The notes beneath the pieces were generated by a model, which was not told the DNA's origin, did not search any database, and was given only the letters and a program-made list of their open reading frames with translations. A stretch of DNA of 64,000 nucleotides, taken from the sequence record OR258281.1. One strand, written 5' to 3'. This document shows, in pieces, positions 10,605 to 19,461 of the stretch (the stretch's first letter is position 1; each line of letters begins with the position of its first letter). A program made the position numbers and the translations under genes.

Positions 10605-10805
10605 ATGAAACTGTCAAAACTGAAAGAAATTGTACGTCAACTGGAAGAAGAAAGTAAAGGTACTGACGTAGATATTGTACTTTACGATATTGGTATTCCA
10701 GGCCGTGCTCCAAACTATGAGCTTGCATTTCAAAACAACGAATATCCATTAAGTGTTATGCGTGTTGAAAACACGTTTGCACTGCCGCTGGTACTGGTAA
10801 AATAA
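10605..10805 (+). CDS. Hypothetical early protein, paralog of 10057-10242
   Basis: Cassette promoter; start corrected. Confidence 0.8.
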   Translation: MKLSKLKEIVRQLEEESKGTDVDIVLYDIGIPGRAPNYELAFQNNEYPLSVMRVENTFALPLVLVK

Positions 10806-10881
10806 TACATTAAAAGTACTTGCACTATATCAGCGAGTACTTTATAATGTACTTATACAAACAAATACAGGGAATTAAACT

Positions 10882-11094
10882 ATGGTCAGATTAAAGAAAG
10901 GTTCTTTAGTTGGAACCCTGAAAATAACACCACGCGAACATTATACAATGAATGGTTGTGATTGGCGTGATTGTTTAGCTCTTGTGGATGATTCAGGTAA
11001 TTGGCTTAATAGTACCTGGTTTCGTCCAAACGCACACAAAAAGGCATTGAGTTATTTTCTTGAAAATGGCTGGTCTGTAGAAAACGGGGATTAG
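10882..11094 (+). CDS. Hypothetical early protein
   Basis: Cassette promoter. Confidence 0.75.
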   Translation: MVRLKKGSLVGTLKITPREHYTMNGCDWRDCLALVDDSGNWLNSTWFRPNAHKKALSYFLENGWSVENGD

Positions 11095-11098
11095 TCAA

Positions 11099-11353
11099 AT
11101 GAAAGTAATTAAAATCAGTACTTACACGTATGTACCGGACGCGATCTTAAAGGCACTGTCACACATCCAAGAAGGCTGCCCGGACGTGCACCAAGTACAG
11201 TACGACGAAGACGGAAACTGGTTGTACATTAACCGGGATGGTACTGCAACGGATTTCGGGAAAAGTACTGTCAGTATCAATCAGGAAGTACTTGAGCAGG
11301 CGTCTGACGCGGCTTATTCAGTTGGCTATCCTGTAACGTTTGTACTTCCTTAA
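11099..11353 (+). CDS. Hypothetical protein
   Basis: GGGGAT RBS at the end of the upstream gene. Confidence 0.75.
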   Translation: MKVIKISTYTYVPDAILKALSHIQEGCPDVHQVQYDEDGNWLYINRDGTATDFGKSTVSINQEVLEQASDAAYSVGYPVTFVLP

Positions 11354-11428
11354 AGTACTATTAAAAGTATCTTGCAATATATTGTAGGGTACTTTATAAT
11401 GTACTTATACTAACAAGGGGATAGAGAA

Positions 11429-11686
11429 ATGAAAGTATCAGAACTGATTGCAGAATTACTGAAACAGGATCAAAATAAGGATGTAGTAGCGGATGTATGG
11501 TACGCGGATGATATTCGCGAAGCGGCTGAACATCTGGAAAAGCTGACGGATGAGCAATGTCAGAAAATCATTCAGTACTTAGAGCGTAATCCTAACTCTG
11601 AGTATGGCATCAACAACGAGCGTATTATTGATATTGTTGATAACCTGATTGAATCAGGTGAAATTGATTTCGACTACACCATTTAA
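11429..11686 (+). CDS. Hypothetical acidic early protein
   Basis: Cassette promoter and RBS. Confidence 0.8.
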   Translation: MKVSELIAELLKQDQNKDVVADVWYADDIREAAEHLEKLTDEQCQKIIQYLERNPNSEYGINNERIIDIVDNLIESGEIDFDYTI

Positions 11687-11758
11687 TTACATTAAAAGTA
11701 CCTTGCAATATATCTCAGGGTACTTTATAATGTACTTAAATCAACGGGGGATAGTACA

Positions 11759-12205
11759 ATGAGCATTCAAAAACGTTTTATCATGGTTGTAACTGCTGCC
11801 AATCTTCGCGGCCAGCCAATGAAGAAAGCAGAGATTGAAATTACTGAATCTCAAATGAGCAATCAGGATTTCATTCAGAACCTGTTAGATCAGTTAGGAT
11901 CACTGACTGATACTGAACTCACGTATGAGTTTCAGGAAAAAGAAATGAAGTACTTTAACGCCCATGTTAACGTTATCGAGTATGGTAACAAACATAAAGT
12001 ACTTAATACCCTTCGCTTTCTTGTGCAGGCATACGATGCACAAGAAGCCCAAACTCATGTTTATCTTGAGATGGAAAAGATCTTAGTCAAGCGTAATCAG
12101 GAAATTCATCACGTTGCCTATACCGCAATTGATTCTGATTTAGCGAATGATGTACTTGCAAATAATATCAGTACCTTATTCGATGAAACGGATTATTTAA
12201 TTTGA
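11759..12205 (+). CDS. Hypothetical early protein
   Basis: Cassette promoter and RBS. Confidence 0.8.
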   Translation: MSIQKRFIMVVTAANLRGQPMKKAEIEITESQMSNQDFIQNLLDQLGSLTDTELTYEFQEKEMKYFNAHVNVIEYGNKHKVLNTLRFLVQAYDAQEAQTHVYLEMEKILVKRNQEIHHVAYTAIDSDLANDVLANNISTLFDETDYLI

Positions 12206-12300
12206 CGTGGCACTAAAAACGTGCTAAAGTTAATTATACTAAAGTACTATACAAAAGAACGTGTAGTACTTGATAATTAATTTACTCTGGAAGTATAAAG

Positions 12301-12696
12301 ATGAAAGCAGCAATCTATCACTTAATCAAAGCGGATCATACCAAATACAATTCAGTACAGGATTATATCGACGCCTTTAATGAGGGCGATGATACCCTGT
12401 ATAAAAGTATTCATTTTCAAACCTTGAGTACTGATAAGCGTAGTACCGTAGAAAACGCCTGGAATCTTTACCAGGAACAACGGATCGCGGAGCTTAAGAG
12501 TATTGAAGCTGCTCAACGTGAAGAAGAACGCGAGTACTCTAAACCGTACCCTAGCATTACTGAAATACTTAACAAGATCAAGGAAAACCCTGAATTGATA
12601 CCACATTTCGTATCATTGCTTGAGCTTGATAGTACCGTGTATGAGTACCGGGATAATATTCGTAAAGCTATCTGGTACTATAAGAACAATCGTTAA
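12301..12696 (+). CDS. Hypothetical protein
   Basis: 131-aa ORF with an upstream promoter. Confidence 0.75.
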   Translation: MKAAIYHLIKADHTKYNSVQDYIDAFNEGDDTLYKSIHFQTLSTDKRSTVENAWNLYQEQRIAELKSIEAAQREEEREYSKPYPSITEILNKIKENPELIPHFVSLLELDSTVYEYRDNIRKAIWYYKNNR

Positions 12697-12745
12697 AAAG
12701 CAGGGATAGGCGGGATGTTCACCTATCCCTGAAATAACACAGCAA
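12695..12745 (-). ncRNA. Candidate sRNA of about 50 nt
   Basis: Minus-strand TTGACT-17-TAAGGT promoter (12778-12750) and terminator CAGGGATAGG...CCTATCCCTG-CTTTTT. Confidence 0.35.
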
Positions 12746-12825
12746 TTAAACCTTAGTCAGTACTTCAATATAAGTCAAGAACAAAAATGTCATTGACAGA
12801 CTAAGGTATTGTGCTATCTTTAAAT

Positions 12826-12901
12826 TGTATCAGAGAAGTTCATCCATGAGTAGACTCCTTTTTGGGGATAAGAACGCCATCAATCTTATCCCTGCTTTTT
12901 T
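12826..12901 (+). ncRNA. Candidate sRNA of about 75 nt
   Basis: TTGACA (12793) - 16 bp - TATCTT with an extended -10 TG; no ORF; terminator GGGATAAGA...TCTTATCCC-TGCTTTTTT. Confidence 0.45.
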
Positions 12902-13105
12902 GTAGTACTTGATAAATTTTACACATAACTACCCACCCCTCGGGGTCACTGTTACTATAGCACATAGTGCTAATTACGCAAGGAATTATGTTCAAAAAGT
13001 AGAACTAAAAACAAAGAAATATATTATTAAAATAGTACTTAATTCCCCTTGCAGTACTTAATAGTTTTTGATAATATAACTGTATTGAAGCAAGGGGATA
13101 TGAAA

Positions 13106-13333
13106 ATGAAAAACAAAGAGTTGATTGAACAAATCATAAGTCATTTGGATATGGGTAATCCATCCATCGCGGTTGAATTACTCTTTCGCAAACGCCGTAG
13201 TAAAACTTTTGAGTTAAGTGTACTTATTATTGACCTTACTCAAGAGTTGATTGCCAAAGGGCATTATCGTTCTTTGCAATCCATGAAAGATCGTTTAAAC
13301 TGGTACAAAGACAATAATGTTACTTGGGGATAA
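13106..13333 (+). CDS. Hypothetical early protein
   Basis: Promoter and RBS; start corrected. Confidence 0.75.
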   Translation: MKNKELIEQIISHLDMGNPSIAVELLFRKRRSKTFELSVLIIDLTQELIAKGHYRSLQSMKDRLNWYKDNNVTWG

Positions 13334-13336
13334 AAA

Positions 13337-13507
13337 ATGAGTCAATACAATATTCAGAAAGTGTGGGGCGGTTTGGGTAAGCGTGAGTTTGAAGTGCAAT
13401 ATCGCGGTCAGGTAATTGGTACTAAGAGTACTAAACACGAAGCCGAAACTTTGATCCACCAGCACAAAAAAGATTCAGATTCTTTTAAACAGAAAGTACC
13501 TGCTTAA
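13337..13507 (+). CDS. 56-aa hypothetical protein (not in the ORF track)
   Basis: MSQYNIQKVWGGLGKREFEVQYRGQVIG...; GGGGAT RBS. Confidence 0.7.
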   Translation: MSQYNIQKVWGGLGKREFEVQYRGQVIGTKSTKHEAETLIHQHKKDSDSFKQKVPA

Positions 13508-13585
13508 GTTTTTATTAAAAGTACCTTGCAAATAGTATCAGGGTACTTTATAATAAAAATTCATTTACGGAGTGGGGATAGATGA

Positions 13586-13879
13586 ATGTTATTTGCTCTT
13601 ATTGTTTACGTCAATGCTTCACGTAGTGCCATTGTTGGTACTAAAGAAGTTATAGACGAATGGTTTAAAGATCACGATGTATCGTGGTACGATTCAGTTA
13701 CTGTTAATAAGTTAGTACCTGAACATGTATACATGTTAAAGCCATTGAATCACCAGGCTTTAGATGCTCAGTTATTCCGTCAGTTCGGGCTTAATTATAG
13801 TACTGACTGGACGTGGATTAATGAGAATGCATTGCGTCATGATAAGTACGGTTTTATTGCTCAGATTCCAGTAGGTTAA
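13586..13879 (+). CDS. Hypothetical early protein
   Basis: Cassette promoter; terminator at about 13914-13946. Confidence 0.7.
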   Translation: MLFALIVYVNASRSAIVGTKEVIDEWFKDHDVSWYDSVTVNKLVPEHVYMLKPLNHQALDAQLFRQFGLNYSTDWTWINENALRHDKYGFIAQIPVG

Positions 13880-13998
13880 TGAACATCCCCTGTAATTGCT
13901 AATTTTAGCACTGCCCGTTATCACTTTGGTAACGGGCTTTTTTATTTGCATATTATTTGCTGGTACTATATAATGAGTACTCAATCTTAGGGGGATAT

Positions 13999-14454
13999 AT
14001 GAAAGTTTACCGCATCGAATTGAAGTACTCACTGTTAGACGAACAATCTAAGAAGTTTTATAACAGTACTAATCAGGGGCCAATGTGTAACATCTTAGGT
14101 TCATGGATTTACTTACTTAATGGTTATTCCCGGTTAAACCTTTGTACCAGTATTGATTATATGCCTGAACCAGAATCTGATGGCATTTCAGATTGTGGCG
14201 GCTGGCATTTTGGTTTTAAGGATCTTGAGCAATTCGAAATGTTCTTTAACGGTGATATTAATAATCTTGAGTGGTCAGGTTATACTATTGCTGTTTATGA
14301 AGTACCAGAAAAATCAGTACAATTAGGCGGTAAGCAATTATGTTTCATCATGCAGCATTCAGTACTGATTGAGTACTTACCATTGCGTAAGACTATGACC
14401 GATAACAGACGCGAGAAGTACGGTTATCCGAAAAAGACTATTGCAACTGTCTGA
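13999..14454 (+). CDS. Hypothetical early protein
   Basis: RBS; start corrected. Confidence 0.75.
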   Translation: MKVYRIELKYSLLDEQSKKFYNSTNQGPMCNILGSWIYLLNGYSRLNLCTSIDYMPEPESDGISDCGGWHFGFKDLEQFEMFFNGDINNLEWSGYTIAVYEVPEKSVQLGGKQLCFIMQHSVLIEYLPLRKTMTDNRREKYGYPKKTIATV

Positions 14455-14529
14455 TAATTGTGATCGTACCCCCAGGATAAAGATATTAAAAATAGTACTT
14501 GCATATCCTGGGGTACTTTGATAATATAA

Positions 14530-14705
14530 TTGCACTTAAGGACAATAGTCATTAGGTGCATGGTACTAATCAGTACCAATAACGTTTAGAGTAATTGCAT
14601 TGTACATGACGAAAGAACATCCTGCAAGGGGTGTATTTTGTGTGTAGTCCATTCTCCTGGTATGTTCTTTTAACGAATTACCCTTGCATACCAGGAGCTT
14701 TTTAT
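14530..14705 (+). ncRNA. Candidate structured RNA of about 170 nt
   Basis: Promoter TTGCAT near 14498; no ORF; 11-bp stem CTCCTGGTATG 14654-64 / CATACCAGGAG 14687-97 followed by a T-run. Confidence 0.35.
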
Positions 14706-14779
14706 GTTATTATTTTTATCGACCCCGAGGGGCGGATAGTTATATCTAAATTTTAGTACTATTACGGTACTGAAAAATC

Positions 14780-14808
14780 TGAAATGTTTTGTGTTTATGT
14801 TCTATACT
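14780..14808 (+). promoter_or_regulatory. Class-2 promoter TGAAAT-N12-TGTTCTATACT
   Basis: Same geometry at 41526, 45084 and 48604. Confidence 0.75.
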
Positions 14809-14822
14809 ACTGGTATAAAATT

Positions 14823-15375
14823 CTGAATGGTGTACCCGGTTAGTAGTGTTAAGTACTTAAGAGTTAGTACTTGATTGGTACAATACAATAATCCTGATCT
14901 TATCGAAAATGTAGATAGCAGATGAGCAGTCCATACAGTGCGATGTGCAAACGAGACCCGTGTAAATTACTCCAAGTTAATTCAGAGGACACGGCAATGC
15001 GGCACAATAAAGGTACTCAATAATACTGAGAAGTACCCTTGATAGACATATATGGTAAACACCATACCAAAGGTATAAGGGAGTTTACAGTACTAAAAAG
15101 GTTCTTTAGTGCTCTGGATGTATAATATAGATCCGTCCAGTTTTTGTCAAAGGATTTTTCCAGTACTGTAAACAGGTATTTGATTAGTTTGTGTTGATTA
15201 AGTACTTAGATACGTGATGAGCGTAGACCGTTGCAATAGAACACTAATAGGAAGAAACCGGGCAACCCGCTTCCGTCTGAATAAGAATTTAGTACACAAA
15301 ATGTTGATAGCACCAGCGTCAAGTTTCTTTCCCCCTTGTGGGGTATCGAAATGTATCAAAGAAACCGCGTCAAGT
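14823..15375 (+). ncRNA. Large structured ncRNA candidate, copy 1 (about 553 nt)
   Basis: Collinear homology to 48676-49262; 51-nt identical block at 14953-15003; compensatory changes in stems; no conserved ORF. Confidence 0.75.
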
Positions 15376-15594
15376 TATCATCATATAGTTGATTAAGTAC
15401 TTACAAGAGCGTAAGCGATTGGTGTACTTAATCACTAACGGTTTGTCAAAACCGTTTAGTACTAAAACCAGTACAAATACCAGTACTTAAGTACTACAAA
15501 AACTATTATTAAAAGTATTACAAATAGTACTTGTAGAACCAATACTATAAGTGTATAGTACTTACATCGAAACGAAATACAAGGAAGTAAAGAA

Positions 15595-15837
15595 ATGAGT
15601 TCAAGAATGAAGGTACTGAATAAAGTAGTACACGTATATAATGTTCCACAGAAATTCCTTGATAAATGCGTGGTACTGATTAAGCAGTACTTAGCAGGCG
15701 AATTATCAGGCAGGAAGTTAAACAACGGAAAATTTGAAGTACTATCGTTGGGTAGAGAATATCGTGTGCTGGTGGATGGTGATTCCTTTAGGGTTATGAA
15801 TCACAACCACTACAACAAATATATTGATGCAAGATAA
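15595..15837 (+). CDS. ParE/RelE-like toxin-fold small protein (orphan)
   Basis: KQYLAGELSGRKL...LSLGREYRVL...VMNHNHYN resembles minimal ParE-like proteins of plasmids and prophages. Confidence 0.45.
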   Translation: MSSRMKVLNKVVHVYNVPQKFLDKCVVLIKQYLAGELSGRKLNNGKFEVLSLGREYRVLVDGDSFRVMNHNHYNKYIDAR

Positions 15838-15907
15838 TCCTTGCATTACGATTCAGAAATCGATATAGTCTTAGTCAAGCAAACAACGAATATCCGTGGG
15901 GGATAAA

Positions 15908-16279
15908 ATGAAAACTGTAACTACTTACTTCGCAACTCGCACTCTGGCCCGTAACGCTGTTGAAGCACTGAATGGCAAATTCAAAGACTTTGGTACTACT
16001 GCTGCTAAAGGTGAACGTTGGGCCGTGATCCATGAAGTAGCTGAAACTGTAATGGAAGAACAAATCCAGGTACAGGAAAAAGCGGCTGGTGCAGGCATTG
16101 GCAAGTCTTATGTACCGGATGATGAAATCAAAGCACAGATCGCATTGCTGGCCCGTTCAGTACAAAACCATAACGGTACTGTCCGTGTTATTAATCGCCG
16201 CCGGATGAATCGTAGTCACGCGGTGAACCTTAAAGGCAAAACTATCCCGGTAACTACTTACCATCGTCCAGCCGCGTAA
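15908..16279 (+). CDS. Hypothetical early protein
   Basis: Promoter and GGGGGAT RBS; start corrected. Confidence 0.8.
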   Translation: MKTVTTYFATRTLARNAVEALNGKFKDFGTTAAKGERWAVIHEVAETVMEEQIQVQEKAAGAGIGKSYVPDDEIKAQIALLARSVQNHNGTVRVINRRRMNRSHAVNLKGKTIPVTTYHRPAA

Positions 16280-16313
16280 CACTTGTACTTGTAGTAGTAC
16301 TCTATAGTAAATA

Positions 16314-16709
16314 ATGAAAACCTTATTAACATTGGAGTACTACTACATGCCTATTTCATTTGATGATGAACATCTAAACTCGCAAGATCCACGTAAGAAC
16401 AATGATAACGCTAAGTACAATGGCGGGATCGCTGGCACGTCTAAGAAGTGGGATCAATACCACAAGACTAACCCAGGCACAAAGAACGGCTTATACAAAG
16501 CAAGTCGCTCAGTGGGTACAGGTCAGGCGGGGATAGATGCGATGCAGCCCGGTGAAGTCACCGATACATCTACAATGAGTCCTGAAGAGAAGTTTCGTTA
16601 CATGCAGGCTTTAGGTCTATTAGGCGATAAACCGGTACAGGCACAAGCACAGCAAGTACCAGCTAAGCCAGTAATGCAACGTAACCAGCCATTCCGTAGA
16701 GGCCGGTAA
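16314..16709 (+). CDS. Hypothetical protein, probably disordered (start may be 16347)
   Basis: ORF rich in Q/N/G/P. Confidence 0.65.
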   Translation: MKTLLTLEYYYMPISFDDEHLNSQDPRKNNDNAKYNGGIAGTSKKWDQYHKTNPGTKNGLYKASRSVGTGQAGIDAMQPGEVTDTSTMSPEEKFRYMQALGLLGDKPVQAQAQQVPAKPVMQRNQPFRRGR

Positions 16710-16868
16710 GCAGTTTTAACACAAATAGTACTGTACATGGGTACAGTACTTTTAATGTGTACCTGGCGTTTATCCTAATCACACAAAATGATCAAATAAA
16801 TCGTACTTTAAACTTGTACAAGTTTAGAGGTTCATGTATAGTTAATTCATCGACGGGAACAACGGTAA

Positions 16869-17105
16869 ATGAGTTCAGAGACGCAAATACTGGTTCTTAA
16901 CGGTCAGAAGTTCACGATGACTTCTGGTGCAAGACAGATTGATAACGTTGGCGAGGTACTTAATTATCTTTCTTCTGACGATATAAAGAAAGTCCGAAGG
17001 GAAGCTAATATAAGTAAGATCGCAGTACGGCGAAATCCGGTACTAACCCGATTACTAAGCTGTATCTTATTGAAAAGTAGTCAAATTTTGAATGATCGAA
17101 CTTGA
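16869..17105 (+). CDS. Hypothetical protein
   Basis: 78-aa ORF. Confidence 0.6.
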   Translation: MSSETQILVLNGQKFTMTSGARQIDNVGEVLNYLSSDDIKKVRREANISKIAVRRNPVLTRLLSCILLKSSQILNDRT

Positions 17106-17236
17106 GTACTTATTTGATAAAATAGTTTGAAATTTGGCTTGCAATTAAATATTCAGTGCTATACTATACATGCATCCGGTAAGTTAAATGCACTTAAGGA
17201 TGCACTAAAACTACTTTTAATTGTGAGGATTTAACT

Positions 17237-17767
17237 ATGAACGCGACTAATACCACTACTAACCATAGCCGACTGACTCTTGTAAGTACTCTGGAGCAGG
17301 GCAAGCCGTCTATCGTAGCAGAAGTATTATACAAACAGGGTCGCACCGTTGCTGAAGTTAAGCAATTTGATAAAACCCTACGTAAAGCTGTTAAGCTGGC
17401 GAAATCATTGTTTCGTGAAGATGAGAAACGCCGCAAAGAACAGGAAAAAGAACGTATTGCAGCAGAGAAAGCTAAACAGCAACAGGAACAACTGTTACAG
17501 AAAAATGCTTCTCAGGCTATCGAAGCGGCGAAAAATGTACTTCTGGAAACGTTGATCGCTGGTGGTATGAGTGAGAAACAAGCGAAAGAAGTAGTAGCCC
17601 AGGAATTTAGCCATGTTTACCCAATGGGTAAAGTACAGGTATCATTCCGTGGCAAAACCTTTACTACTTCACTTCGCGGAAAAGCGTCAGATGATCTGAA
17701 AGAAGCACTCAAAGCTACTAATATGAGTCGCAAAAGTTTCATCGAACATTTCCAGGTACACGCATAA
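17237..17767 (+). CDS. H-NS-like protein, paralog of 7204-7950
   Basis: LVSTLEQGKPSIVAEVLYKQGRT vs LMSALESGDALAVAEVLIKQGRT; ETLIAGGMSE; SLRGKASDDLKEALKATNMSRKSFI. Confidence 0.5.
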   Translation: MNATNTTTNHSRLTLVSTLEQGKPSIVAEVLYKQGRTVAEVKQFDKTLRKAVKLAKSLFREDEKRRKEQEKERIAAEKAKQQQEQLLQKNASQAIEAAKNVLLETLIAGGMSEKQAKEVVAQEFSHVYPMGKVQVSFRGKTFTTSLRGKASDDLKEALKATNMSRKSFIEHFQVHA

Positions 17768-17799
17768 GTACTGTATAGTGTTACAGTGCTGTATATAAA

Positions 17800-17823
17800 A
17801 GCGGGTTAATTAACCCGCTTTTC
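17800..17823 (+). terminator. Intrinsic terminator (possibly bidirectional)
   Basis: AAAGCGGGTT-AATT-AACCCGCTTTT. Confidence 0.75.
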
Positions 17824-17898
17824 TTGTCTCTTGTGCTTTACTTTGGTTGACAAGCCGATTATAATCTTCACAGTGAAGTTGAAGAAAGGATATAAATT

Positions 17899-18171
17899 AT
17901 GTGTACCCAAAAGAGAAGGATCACTTTTTGTAGATTTGTATCATTGGACAAAAGCCGTACTTTGAAAGAAGAAGTTCAGGATCTGGTAGAAGTACCTGAA
18001 AGTACTTTTAACGAACTGATAACTTTTCAAGATCATTTGTTTAGTGATGATAACGTTAGATGTATAGGGTACATTACTCGTTATTATAATGATTACAATG
18101 AATTACTTGCTATCCAGGACGGCATATCAAAATTCTATGTAAAGGGTACACTGATTGAAACAAAACATTGA
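17899..18171 (+). CDS. Hypothetical protein
   Basis: TTGACA promoter and AAGGA RBS; terminator at about 18176-18205. Confidence 0.75.
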   Translation: MCTQKRRITFCRFVSLDKSRTLKEEVQDLVEVPESTFNELITFQDHLFSDDNVRCIGYITRYYNDYNELLAIQDGISKFYVKGTLIETKH

Positions 18172-18302
18172 TTAAGAAGCCTGCTAACTATTAGCAGGCT
18201 TTTTTGTTTTGTACTAAAAACAAAATAGTACTGAAAACTGCTTGCACTATATCTCATAATACCGTATTATATAAACATACAAACAAATACGGGGATAGAG
18301 AA

Positions 18303-18842
18303 ATGAAATTCAACGAACTTAACGAGAAACAACAAGCTAAAGTACTGGATATGTACCGTTATGCTGAAACTGGTTCTTCTGATTGGTACTCTGAAATCAA
18401 ATCAGATTTTCATGAAGAGTTAGAAGCCGCTGGCTTTAATAATGTTGATAGTCAATTCAGCGGTTTTTGTGTCCAGGGCGACGGGGCAAGTTTCACCTCT
18501 GAAGATATCAACGTCAAGGAAGTACTGACGCATTTAGGAAAGTACCAGTACTATGCACAGAATCACGGTTCATATGTAATTGATAATATGACCGCCGAAA
18601 TTGTACGTAATGACTCGCATTATGTACATGAATACACGATGAGTATTAACATCGTAGAAGGCGATGATGTTTCAGAAGTTAAAAAAGAAATTCTTGAGTA
18701 CGCACGCAACAAGTGCCGTGAGTACTACAAGAAGCTGAATGAAGAATCTGATCGCCTTGAATCGGATGAATCTGTAAAAGAGTACATCGAAGCAAATGAT
18801 ATCGAGTTCGATGTGAAGAAAGAGAACGTGACTTATATCTGA
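18303..18842 (+). CDS. Acidic protein resembling the plasmid family annotated as antitoxin of toxin-antitoxin stability system
   Basis: KFNELNEKQQAKVLD...DW...FSGFCVQGDGASF motif; start corrected. Confidence 0.55.
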   Translation: MKFNELNEKQQAKVLDMYRYAETGSSDWYSEIKSDFHEELEAAGFNNVDSQFSGFCVQGDGASFTSEDINVKEVLTHLGKYQYYAQNHGSYVIDNMTAEIVRNDSHYVHEYTMSINIVEGDDVSEVKKEILEYARNKCREYYKKLNEESDRLESDESVKEYIEANDIEFDVKKENVTYI

Positions 18843-18915
18843 TAATGTATTAAGAGTACCTTGCATTTAATATCAGGGTACTCTATAATACAGTTATTGC
18901 TTAAGAGGGATAACT

Positions 18916-19008
18916 ATGAAAGATGAAATTATCTCATTCAGTACCTTTATCGGCGGATTATTTTGCTTCTTTTTATTAGGCGTACTCGCCTACTTTGCAC
19001 AAGGTTAA
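18916..19008 (+). CDS. 30-aa membrane peptide (not in the ORF track)
   Basis: MKDEIISFSTFIGGLFCFFLLGVLAYFAQG behind a cassette promoter. Confidence 0.6.
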   Translation: MKDEIISFSTFIGGLFCFFLLGVLAYFAQG

Positions 19009-19013
19009 TCTAT

Positions 19014-19388
19014 ATGAAACGTACTATCATCGCTTTAGCTTTATTCTCATTCAGTACTGTATCTTTCGCCAGTAATTCTATTGGCCTTAATGAAGTACAG
19101 AAAACTGATCTGTATTGTGCAGGCTGGAACCAGGCACATATGGAAGCATTTCCTGATGATACCGGGGAATATAACGAAGCACTTAACGCCGTTAACTTCT
19201 TCTATATGAAAGCGGAAGATGATGGATTAAACGACGATGATAGTGCTAAAAGTGCTTTGATGGATAAAGCCTGGAATAAGGGTTATCAGGCATACAATGG
19301 TAATCGTGCCAGTACTATGCCGGATAAATGCTTTAAGCTCTATTCAAAGCACGTACAATCATTAACTGATGCAGAATTGCAGGGTTAA
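19014..19388 (+). CDS. Exported protein with a Sec signal peptide
   Basis: MKRTIIALALFSFSTVSFA; two Cys; start corrected. Confidence 0.75.
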   Translation: MKRTIIALALFSFSTVSFASNSIGLNEVQKTDLYCAGWNQAHMEAFPDDTGEYNEALNAVNFFYMKAEDDGLNDDDSAKSALMDKAWNKGYQAYNGNRASTMPDKCFKLYSKHVQSLTDAELQG

Positions 19389-19461
19389 TAATTATTATAT
19401 AAGCCTTGATTAATTCAAGGCTTTTTTGTATACTCCTTATTAATAACTGATAGGGGGATAT

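Noticed and set aside
15214-15396. ORFs 15214-15396 (+) and 48970-49188 (-) overlapping the ncRNA copies
   Set aside because: They are on opposite strands in the two homologous copies, lack an RBS and are not conserved as protein, so they are chance ORFs.
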